Shown here: positions 18,496-27,904 of the stretch, in pieces
Layout of the letters: each line of letters begins with the position of its first letter
Numbering within the stretch: the stretch's first letter is position 1
NCBI GenBank assembly: GCA_963824705.1
Contig: CAWGQE010000003.1
Coordinates: 562,286-626,285, forward strand
Length of the DNA: 64,000 nt
From: an uncultured Solirubrobacterales bacterium
GTDB lineage: Bacteria; Actinomycetota; Thermoleophilia; Solirubrobacterales; 70-9
Direction: 5' to 3'
Notes under the pieces: generated by a model
The model's database searches: none
The model's input: the letters and a program-made list of their open reading frames with translations, nothing else
Told to the model about the DNA's origin: nothing
Program-made: the position numbers and the translations under genes

Positions 18496-18891
18496 TTGTT
18501 GCCGTTTGCGGATATCAACTTTGGCGAAGCGCTCCTCGTCGCCTTCGAGGTCTTCTTCTTCGTCATCTGGATCTGGATCCTGATCACGATCCTCACCGAC
18601 CTCTTCCGCGACCACGAGACCTCGGGCTGGGCGAAGGCCGCCTGGGTGCTCTTCCTCGTCTTCATCCCATTCCTGACGGCGCTCATCTACCTGATCGCGC
18701 GCGGCAGTGGCATGCGTGAAAGGACGATCAAGGCGCAGGCGGAGGCCAAACAGCATTTCGATTCCTACGTCCGCGAGCAGGCGCACGGTGGCTCCGCGGC
18801 GGACGAACTGCACAAGCTCAACGACCTGAAGGAAAAGGGCGCGCTCTCAAGCGAGGAGTTCGACAAGGCCAAGGCCAAGCTGCTCGCCTAG
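18496..18891 (+). CDS. PLD-nuclease-N-terminal (PLDc_N) membrane domain + SHOCT domain protein
   Basis: TTG start 5 nt after GAAAGGAA. Two TM helices with the WAKAAWVLFLVFIPFLTALIYL pattern, and a C-terminal LHKLNDLKEKGALSSEEFDKAKAKLL (SHOCT). Confidence 0.75.
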   Translation: MLPFADINFGEALLVAFEVFFFVIWIWILITILTDLFRDHETSGWAKAAWVLFLVFIPFLTALIYLIARGSGMRERTIKAQAEAKQHFDSYVREQAHGGSAADELHKLNDLKEKGALSSEEFDKAKAKLLA

Positions 18892-18903
18892 TCCGTGTAA
18901 TGG

Positions 18904-18936
18904 CCGCCGCCGCGCCTCGGCGTGGCGGCGGTTTCT
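18904..18936 (+). terminator. Candidate intrinsic terminator
   Basis: CCGCCGCCGCGCC (18904-18916) pairs with GGCGTGGCGGCGG (18919-18931) with one G-U pair. It is followed by TTTCT. Confidence 0.5.
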
Positions 18937-19025
18937 CCTGCAAGTTCCGTGATTTTGCAAGAGGAGTTGCAAGTTATGAGCAACTCCTAACAATCTTTAG
19001 GCGACTTCGTTAGCGTGCGCCGCCG

Positions 19026-20237
19026 ATGCGTCCTCCTGCCGGTACCTCCCGGTGGCTGTTGCTTCCGGCCGCCCTGCTCTTCCTCGTGCTCTGCCTCGTG
19101 GCGAGCGCGCCTGCCAAGACCCTGAGCGAAAAGCTCGACTCGACCCAGGGCAAGCTGAGCCATGTGCGCGAAAGCCAGAGCGCGCTCTCGGCGACGATCG
19201 AAGAACAGAACAAGGCGATCGACTCTATGCTCGGCGAAGTCTCGCGGCTGCGCCAAGAACAGCAGGCGCTCGAATCCGAACTGACGAGCAAGCAGGATGA
19301 ACTCGACAGCGCCACGGCGAAGCTCGAAGCCGAGCAGCGCCGCTTGGAAGCGATCCGCGAACGCCTGCAGCGGGCGCTCGACGCGTTGCGCGAACGGCTC
19401 GTCTCGATGTACGAGGCGGGCAGCCCCGACGTGGTCAGCGTCGTGCTCGAATCGGAGACCTGGTCGCAGGCCAGCGCCCGGGCCGAATACCTGAGCCGCG
19501 TCCAGGACTACGACGACTCGGTCGCCGACCGGGTCAAGGGCCTGCGCGACGAAGCCAAGGCAGCGGTCGAACGGATGGCTGCGATCAGGGCGCAGCTGAA
19601 GGAAGCGCGCGACGAAATCGCCGCCAAGGAGCAAGAAGCGTCCAAGGCGAGCGCCGAAGCCGCGGCGCGCTTCGCCGACCTCAAGGAAGCCCAGGCGCAG
19701 CGCCAGGGAGAGCTCGAATCGCTCGAGTCGCGCGAACAGGCGCTGAGCGACAACCTCTCGGCGATCTCCGAACAGCTCGCGAGCGCCGGCGCGCCGGTCG
19801 CGACCGGGACGCCGGCACCGCTCACCCCGGGGCAGAGCGCCGAATACATCTCCGAAAGCCAGGCGAGCGTGCCGAGCGCCGCGCCGCCCGCGGTGCAGGC
19901 GGCGATCGAAGCCGCCAACTCGATCGCCACCACCCCCTATATCTGGGGCGGCGGTCACGGCTCGTTCGAATCGGAAGGCTACGACTGCTCGGGGGCGGTC
20001 AGCTTCGCCCTCAACGGCGGCGGCTTCCTATCCAGCCCGCTCGACTCGACCGGGCTGGAGACCTGGGGCGACCCCGGTCCCGGTCAGTGGATCACGGTCT
20101 ACGCCAACGCCGAACACGCCTGGATGATCATCGCCGGCCTCGCCTTCGACACGGTCGGCGGCCCGGGGCCGCGTTGGCATCCGGAACTTGTGGACTCGCC
20201 CGAAGGGTTCATTGCGCGGCACCCGAGCGGGTATTGA
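19026..20237 (+). CDS. Secreted coiled-coil + NlpC/P60-like (C40) cell-wall hydrolase
   Basis: Signal peptide, about 230 aa of heptad-rich coiled coil, and a C-terminal PYIWGGGHG...YDCSGAVSFAL...AEHAWMII (Cys/His catalytic pattern). Confidence 0.7.
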   Translation: MRPPAGTSRWLLLPAALLFLVLCLVASAPAKTLSEKLDSTQGKLSHVRESQSALSATIEEQNKAIDSMLGEVSRLRQEQQALESELTSKQDELDSATAKLEAEQRRLEAIRERLQRALDALRERLVSMYEAGSPDVVSVVLESETWSQASARAEYLSRVQDYDDSVADRVKGLRDEAKAAVERMAAIRAQLKEARDEIAAKEQEASKASAEAAARFADLKEAQAQRQGELESLESREQALSDNLSAISEQLASAGAPVATGTPAPLTPGQSAEYISESQASVPSAAPPAVQAAIEAANSIATTPYIWGGGHGSFESEGYDCSGAVSFALNGGGFLSSPLDSTGLETWGDPGPGQWITVYANAEHAWMIIAGLAFDTVGGPGPRWHPELVDSPEGFIARHPSGY

Positions 20238-20354
20238 GCGCCTCTCCCGGTAGGGCTTTCACTTAACTTTTTCGGTGGATCGTCGGTGGGCTGACGCCCG
20301 TGAGCCGACACCGAAAAAGTACAAGACGTTCCAGCCCTACCGGGAGAGGCGCTC
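20236..20354. repeat. Structured palindromic intergenic repeat, copy A
   Basis: Perfect 22-bp outer stem GAGCGCCTCTCCCGGTAGGGCT / AGCCCTACCGGGAGAGGCGCTC. Conserved blocks at 20247-20277 and 20311-20343 are shared with copy B. The element contains the stop codons of both convergent genes. Confidence 0.7.
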
Positions 20355-21003
20355 AGGCTCGGGCGCTTGCGAGGTCGGTGAGGTAGCTGGGGAGCTCGAT
20401 GTCGGGGAGGAGGCGGTCGTCGGGCTTGGGTGAGCTGGCGGCAATTCGTAGGTCGATCGTTCCGGCCCAGACCGGCAGCTCGTAGTCTTCCTCGTCGTCG
20501 AGGGGGCCGCCCTCTCGCACCTTGGCGGAGGCCTCCTCAAGCGGCAGGCGCAGCACCCCGACCGCCCGTAGCTCTTTCTCTGTCGGTAGACGAGCGTCGC
20601 CCCAGCGACCCGGTACGAGCTTTTCGGTGAAGGCTTCGAGCGCCTCGCGTTTGCCGGCGCTTGTCTCGATCTTCTCGGCCTGACCGAAGACGACGACGGA
20701 GCGGTAGTTGACCGAGTGGTGGACGGCCGAGCGGGCCAGCACGAGCCCGTCGAGCAGGGTCGCGGTCAGGCAGATCTCGGCTTGCGCCGCGCGACGCAGC
20801 GTCGGACTCGCCGCCGAGCCGTGGATGTAGAGCCAATCTCCGGCGCGCGCATGCAGGGTGGGGATGACGATTGGATGACCGTCGGGAGCAACCGTGCCGA
20901 CGTGGGAGACGATCGCCTCGTCGAGGATCGCCTCGATCGTCGCGCGCTCGTAGTCGGCCCGGCTGGGCATCCGCGTGACTCTGGTTCTTGGCCTTGCCGC
21001 CAT
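20353..21003 (-). CDS. Pyridoxamine 5'-phosphate oxidase-family FMN-binding protein
   Basis: The split-barrel family pattern (ILDEAIVSHVGTV.PDGHP.VIPT...GD.LYIHGS..S) is present. The ATG at 21003 lies 5 nt after AAGGAGG. Confidence 0.8.
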   Translation of the reverse strand: MAARPRTRVTRMPSRADYERATIEAILDEAIVSHVGTVAPDGHPIVIPTLHARAGDWLYIHGSAASPTLRRAAQAEICLTATLLDGLVLARSAVHHSVNYRSVVVFGQAEKIETSAGKREALEAFTEKLVPGRWGDARLPTEKELRAVGVLRLPLEEASAKVREGGPLDDEEDYELPVWAGTIDLRIAASSPKPDDRLLPDIELPSYLTDLASARA

Positions 21004-21152
21004 CCCCGCCTCCTTAAATCTGTTACAGTACAAATCTGCCTACTGAAGTAACACAGTATCGAATAACGGGCGAAGGTGCGGGCGAGATCGCCGCCAGCGT
21101 CGAGCGGGGGATAGAAACGGGCGAGCTGCGCCCGGGCTCGCCGCTGCCGGCG

Positions 21153-22367
21153 GTGCGCTCGCTCGCGAGCCAGCTCGGCGTCAGCCCGACGACGGTCGCT
21201 GCCGCCTTCAAGGACCTGCGCTCGCGCGGCCTCGTCATCACCCGTGCACGCAGCGGAGCCATCGTCAGCTGGCGACCGCCGGTTGCCGGCGCCTGGATAG
21301 GCACGCTGGCACCAGCGAGCGCCCGCGACCTCTCCAGCGGCAACCCCGACCCCGAGCTGTTGCCCGACCTGACGTCGGTTCTGCGCCGGATCGAGCCACC
21401 GCGCCAGCTCTACGGCGGCGACCCGGCGGATCCGCTACTGCTCGAGCTGGCGCGGGCGGAGCTGGAGCGGGACGGGATAGAGGCCGAGGACGTCGCCGTG
21501 GTCAACGGCGCCCTCGACGGGATCGAGCGCGCCCTGGCGGCGCAGTTGCGACAGGGAGACGTGGTCGCGGTCGAAGATCCAGGCTTCGCCGGGCTCTTCG
21601 ATCTATTGCGCGCGCTGGGGCTCGCGCTGCGCCCGGTGGCAATCGACCGGAAGGGAATGATCCCCGCGGCACTCGCGGACGCCCTCGACGACGGTGCGAG
21701 CGCGGTGGTGCTCAACCCCCGCGGCCAGAACCCGACCGGCGCGTCGCTCGACGAGGAGCGCGCCGCGGAGTTGAAGCACGTCCTCGACCGAAACCCGGAG
21801 ACGATGGTCCTCGAGGACGATCACCTCGGCCCGATCGCCGGTGCGCCCCGGCTGACGCTGACCACCGGGCGTACGCGCTGGGCAGCAGCCCGCTCGCTCG
21901 CGAAGTCCCTGGGCCCTGACCTCCGCCTGGCGGTCCTGGCCGGCGACCCCCACACGATCAGCCGCGTCCGCGGCCGTCAGGCCGTAGGCCCCGGTTGGGT
22001 AAGCCACCTGCTCCAGCGCACGGCAGCGACGCTCTGGGCAGATTCCAAGATCGCCCGCAACCTGGAGAAGGCCACCACGACCTACAGCAAACGCCGCGAA
22101 GCTTTCATCTCGGCCCTGGCCAACCACGACATCGAGACCCAGGACTCAAGCGGCCTAAACGTATGGATCCCAGTCCCCGACGAGACCAGCATCGTGCAGG
22201 CACTACAGACCCAAGGCTGGGCCGTGGCCCCGGGAGCCCCCTTCCGCCTCCAAGCAGAGCCAGCAGTCCGAGTAACCATCAGCACCTTGCAAGCTGACGA
22301 GACGCCAGCGTTGGCCGCCGCAATCGCTCGGGCCCTACAACCATCCCCCCGAACGCGCCCCGCATAA
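21153..22367 (+). CDS. MocR/GntR-family regulator (wHTH + PLP aminotransferase-like domain); true start unresolved
   Basis: SLASQLGVSPTTVAAAFKDLRSRGLV is the GntR recognition helix, followed by a fold-type-I aminotransferase-like domain. The HTH continues in frame upstream of the first canonical start (see finding). Confidence 0.8.
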   Translation: MRSLASQLGVSPTTVAAAFKDLRSRGLVITRARSGAIVSWRPPVAGAWIGTLAPASARDLSSGNPDPELLPDLTSVLRRIEPPRQLYGGDPADPLLLELARAELERDGIEAEDVAVVNGALDGIERALAAQLRQGDVVAVEDPGFAGLFDLLRALGLALRPVAIDRKGMIPAALADALDDGASAVVLNPRGQNPTGASLDEERAAELKHVLDRNPETMVLEDDHLGPIAGAPRLTLTTGRTRWAAARSLAKSLGPDLRLAVLAGDPHTISRVRGRQAVGPGWVSHLLQRTAATLWADSKIARNLEKATTTYSKRREAFISALANHDIETQDSSGLNVWIPVPDETSIVQALQTQGWAVAPGAPFRLQAEPAVRVTISTLQADETPALAAAIARALQPSPRTRPA

Positions 22368-22479
22368 AGCCCCATCCGGTAGGGCTGAAACGTCTTGTAC
22401 TTTTTCGGCGTCGGCCCCGGGCGACAGCCGTATGCGATTCACCGAAAAAGTTAAGTGAAAGCCCTGCCGGATGGGGGCT
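22368..22479. repeat. Structured palindromic intergenic repeat, copy B (inverted relative to A)
   Basis: Blocks 22376-22408 and 22440-22470 are the reverse complements of copy A blocks (32/33 and 30/31 identical). The element fills the entire gap between two convergent stop codons. Confidence 0.7.
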
Positions 22480-23871
22480 CTACGCAGGCGCTTCGCCGCC
22501 CTCGACCGGCCGCCCTTCAGCCTGCCAAGTCCCGACGCCACCCCGCGCAACGTGAATCGTCGAGAACCCCTCACGCTGCAAAACCGAAGCCGCCAGCCCA
22601 CTCCGTTTGCCCCCCTTGCAGATAGTCGCCAAGGCCCGGTCGCGCGGCAGCTCGTCGAGGCGCCGCGCCAACTCTCCGTAAGGGATGTGGAGCGAGCCGG
22701 CGATGTGCCCGTCGGCGTACTCGCCCGCCCCGCGCACATCGAGGACTAGCGGCGGCTCATCGCCATCCAGCAGCCCCGCGAGATCGTCGGGCCCGATCGG
22801 CTCGATCCGGGCAACCGGGCGCTCTTCCGCCCGCCAGGCGCTCATCCCGCCGCCGAGGAAGCCGCGCACCCGCAGCCCGACCGCGGCGAGCAGCTCCGCC
22901 GCCTCGAGCTCGTTGCCGTCCGAAGCGGCGACGACGACGATCTCACCGTCGGGCGGGACGACCTGGGCGACCTTGGTGGCGAAGCCGGTGTCGTAGCCGG
23001 AGGCGCTGATCGCCCCGGGGATGTGCGCCTCGTCGAACTGCTCGTTGGTGCGCGAGTCGACGGCGAAGGCGCCGGCGGCGATCGCCGCCTCGAAGCGGCG
23101 CGGGGTCAGCGACGCGGGCGAGCCGATCGACTCGACCAGCGGACCGCGGTTGAGGGAGACGATGTGCTCGACGTTCGGCGGCCGCTCGCCGATGCTGGCA
23201 ACCGCGTCCTCGACGAACTCGGCCTCGTCGATCAGCGCCAGCGCCCGGTTGTGGCGCCGCTCGAAGCCGATCGTCGAGGAGGTCTTGAGGTCGATGCCGG
23301 AGCTGCCGCAGAGCGAGCCGCCAAGGTGGCCCGGCCAGACCTCGACCTCGTCGGGGAGGGAGAGCAGCCGCTGGTGCAGTGAGCGGAAGATGTCGGCGGC
23401 GCCTTCACGTGGCTCCACTGCCAGGTCGGGCCGGGCGACGTCGCCGACGAAGAGCGAGTCGCCGCTCAATACCGCCACCGGATCGCCACCCCGCTCGGCG
23501 TCGCGGAGCAGGAAGGAGGTGTGCTCGGGCCGGTGACCGGGGGTGTGGATCGCCTCGATCGAGACCCCACCGCCGAGCTCTAGCGTCCAGCCGTCGTCGA
23601 AAGCTTCGTGCTCATACTCGGCCTCGGCCAGTGCGTTGACGTGGATCGCCGCCCCGCTCGCCCGGGCGAGGCGACCGTGGCCGGAGACGTGGTCGGCATG
23701 GTTGTGGGTCTCCAGCACGTGCTCGATCCGCACACCGTGCAGGCGGGCGAGGTTCACGTAGGGGTCGATGTCCCACTGCGGATCGACCACCGCCGCGACG
23801 CCGGCACCCGGGTCGCCGACCAGGTAGGAGGCGCAGCCGAGATCCTCGTGGATTATCTGCCGGAAAAGCAT
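22480..23871 (-). CDS. Metallo-beta-lactamase-fold (persulfide-dioxygenase-like) protein fused to two rhodanese domains
   Basis: MLFRQI...ETHNHADHVSG (HxHxDH), then two rhodanese-like halves, the second with the active-site loop CKGGKRS. The start is at 23871 (MLFRQ) or 23889. Confidence 0.8.
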   Translation of the reverse strand: MLFRQIIHEDLGCASYLVGDPGAGVAAVVDPQWDIDPYVNLARLHGVRIEHVLETHNHADHVSGHGRLARASGAAIHVNALAEAEYEHEAFDDGWTLELGGGVSIEAIHTPGHRPEHTSFLLRDAERGGDPVAVLSGDSLFVGDVARPDLAVEPREGAADIFRSLHQRLLSLPDEVEVWPGHLGGSLCGSSGIDLKTSSTIGFERRHNRALALIDEAEFVEDAVASIGERPPNVEHIVSLNRGPLVESIGSPASLTPRRFEAAIAAGAFAVDSRTNEQFDEAHIPGAISASGYDTGFATKVAQVVPPDGEIVVVAASDGNELEAAELLAAVGLRVRGFLGGGMSAWRAEERPVARIEPIGPDDLAGLLDGDEPPLVLDVRGAGEYADGHIAGSLHIPYGELARRLDELPRDRALATICKGGKRSGLAASVLQREGFSTIHVARGGVGTWQAEGRPVEGGEAPA

Positions 23872-23971
23872 GTTTTCCCCGTCAACCATCGGGTAAACGG
23901 TTAGAGCACGATAGCCCTCGGTCGGGGCACCCTTCCTGTATCGGGGGCCGGCTACCGAAAAGGAGGGCATC

Positions 23972-24625
23972 ATGGAGTCAGCAACGATCCGCGGTCGTGA
24001 GCCGACCGCAGGCGACACGGGACGGCAGGCAGTCGGAGCCGTCCACGTGCAGGAGGGGTGGAGCCCCGCCGACCCCGGGCCGCTGGGGCTGGCTGCTTTT
24101 GCGCTCACCACCTTCGTCCTCAGCATGTTCAACGCCGGCCTGGTCAACAGCGCCGGTGAGCCCGTGGTGCTCGGTCTGGCGCTGGGCTACGGCGGTATCG
24201 CCCAGATCCTCGCCGGGATGTGGGAGTTCCGTACCGGCAACACTTTCGGCGCCGTCGCCTTCACCTCGTTCGGTGCCTTCTGGCTCTCCTTTTGGGCCTT
24301 TGTCACCTTCTTCGCCGGCGACATCCCGGCGGCGCACGTCGGCGCTTCGGTAGGCCTCTACCTGATCGCCTGGGGCATCTTCACCACCTACATGTTCGTC
24401 GCCTCGCTGCGCACGACCGCGGCGGTCGCCGTCGTCTTCTTCCTGTTGGCGATCACCTTCTTCCTGCTCGGGATCGGCAACTCGAACGAAACCGAGGGTC
24501 TGATCGAAGCCGGCGGCTGGTTCGGTCTGGCAACGGCGGTCGCTGCCTGGTATGCATCTTTTGCGGCGGTGACCAACTCGACCTTCGGACGGACTGTCCT
24601 GCCGGTCCGTCCGCTGCGTCGCTGA
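23972..24625 (+). CDS. satP: GPR1/FUN34/YaaH-family acetate/succinate channel
   Basis: ADPGPLGLAAFALTTFVLS plus six TM helices; RBS AAAGGAGGG upstream. It lies immediately upstream of acs. Confidence 0.85.
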   Translation: MESATIRGREPTAGDTGRQAVGAVHVQEGWSPADPGPLGLAAFALTTFVLSMFNAGLVNSAGEPVVLGLALGYGGIAQILAGMWEFRTGNTFGAVAFTSFGAFWLSFWAFVTFFAGDIPAAHVGASVGLYLIAWGIFTTYMFVASLRTTAAVAVVFFLLAITFFLLGIGNSNETEGLIEAGGWFGLATAVAAWYASFAAVTNSTFGRTVLPVRPLRR

Positions 24626-24638
24626 CGAGGGGAGCAAC

Positions 24639-26621
<1,983 letters not shown>

Positions 26622-26624
26622 GCG

Positions 26625-27434
26625 TCAGCGCGGAGTGCGTTCGTCGACCATGCGCTCGACCGCCACCTCGAGGGCCTCGAGCTGCTCGCGGACGTTACGC
26701 AGCTCGCGCAGGGCTATCGCCTCGGCCGATGCCGCCTCGGCCTCCAGCTCCGCCTCGACTTCGGCGATCTCGGGGCCGAGGAAGCGCTGGGCGATCGCGC
26801 CGGTGAGCAGGGCGACGAAGGAGATGCCGACGATCACGACGATGACGCCTACGATCTCGCCGCCGGTCGTCATCGGGTAGATGTTCGAGCCGAGCGTGGT
26901 CATCGAGGTGACCGCCCAGTAGATCCCGTCCCAGGCGGTGAGGTGCTGGCTGTGCTTCTCGAAGCCGACGAAGAGGGCGCCGCCGGCGACCGCGGTCAGC
27001 ACGGCGAGCAGGGCTGCGTAGTGCAGGCCGCGCAGCGAGAAGGCCTCGCGCGAGAGCTGGGCGAGGCGCAGCAGGCGGAGGAGGCGCAGCAGGCGCAGGA
27101 CTCGCAAGCTCTGCAGGCCGGCCGGCAGCACTGGCGGCGTGAAGACGACGATGATCAGGTCGAGCGGGTGGTGCTTGAGCCAGGTCAGCCGTTCCGGCAC
27201 GACCGCCAGCATCACCACGAGCTCGGTGAGGAAGGCAAGCCAGATGATCCAGTTGAGTGCGTGGGCGACGTCCAGCAGCCAGCCCCCCGGATGGGACTCG
27301 TTGATCGCCACCGCGGGGATCGTCAGCGCCGCGGCGAACAGCATCGGCGTGTTGAGGACTTCGGCGACGCGCGTGCTGCGCGCGTCCATCCCCGGCCCGT
27401 AGCGAACTGGATTCTCGGCGATCTCAGCGGCCAT
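26625..27434 (-). CDS. 6TM voltage-sensor-type ion channel with a non-canonical pore signature
   Basis: S4-like LRVLRLLRLLRLLRL, a pore loop WAVTSMTTLGSNIYPMT, an inner helix and a C-terminal coiled coil. Confidence 0.75.
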   Translation of the reverse strand: MAAEIAENPVRYGPGMDARSTRVAEVLNTPMLFAAALTIPAVAINESHPGGWLLDVAHALNWIIWLAFLTELVVMLAVVPERLTWLKHHPLDLIIVVFTPPVLPAGLQSLRVLRLLRLLRLLRLAQLSREAFSLRGLHYAALLAVLTAVAGGALFVGFEKHSQHLTAWDGIYWAVTSMTTLGSNIYPMTTGGEIVGVIVVIVGISFVALLTGAIAQRFLGPEIAEVEAELEAEAASAEAIALRELRNVREQLEALEVAVERMVDERTPR

Positions 27435-27482
27435 CCACGCCTATTCGACGTGCTCGGGCAAGGGCCTACAGGGGTTGTGTCG

Positions 27483-27884
27483 CTACTGGGGTGTTCGCTC
27501 CACGTCTGCGGGCGTTGCGGAGGGCCGGGCCCTGCGCTCGAGTGAAGCGAGCAGGTTGCGTGCAGCCGGCCCACCCGATTCCAGGCGCTTTCGAAGCGCC
27601 GACGGGGGCTTGTTCATCGAGTACATTCCCGCGTCCAGATCCGCGTTGACCCGCGCGACCTCAGCTTCGACCGCGGTCGTGTCGAGCATCGCCCACATGC
27701 CGCTCGGAGGTGGGTCCGCGCTGTCGGGCGCGAGGTAATAAGGCCCGCCCCTGCTGTTATGGAGCATCGCCTCGTGCGGCGATTCCGAGTCTCTGGCCGT
27801 CTCCTCCACCCCGACGCTCACCTCGCTCTCGGGAGGGGGTGCGCTGCTCTCATCCTCGTGCGGAACATCGTGGTCATCAGCCAT
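27483..27884 (-). CDS. Hypothetical acidic protein (133 aa)
   Basis: The ATG at 27884 lies 9 nt after GAGAGGTGG and 20 nt downstream of the preceding gene stop. I recognise no domain. Confidence 0.5.
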   Translation of the reverse strand: MADDHDVPHEDESSAPPPESEVSVGVEETARDSESPHEAMLHNSRGGPYYLAPDSADPPPSGMWAMLDTTAVEAEVARVNADLDAGMYSMNKPPSALRKRLESGGPAARNLLASLERRARPSATPADVERTPQ

Positions 27885-27904
27885 GCGAACTAACCACCTC
27901 TCGG

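Noticed and set aside
18892-19025. Possible ydaO/c-di-AMP riboswitch upstream of the NlpC/P60-like gene, since such riboswitches often precede actinobacterial wall hydrolases
   Set aside because: After the terminator the region is only about 90 nt long. I could not see the pseudo-symmetric conserved ACGGGG/CCCA-type cores. An Infernal scan would settle it.
21036-21152. Calling CTG 21036 as the MocR start
   Set aside because: There is no supporting RBS, and it would lie inside the AT-rich promoter-like region. I left the start unresolved and reported it as a finding instead.
27058-27110. Near-tandem GCGCAGCAGGCG/GAGGAGGCG nucleotide repeats
   Set aside because: They simply encode the S4-like LRLLRLLRLLRL arginine ladder of the channel on the minus strand and are not an independent DNA repeat element.
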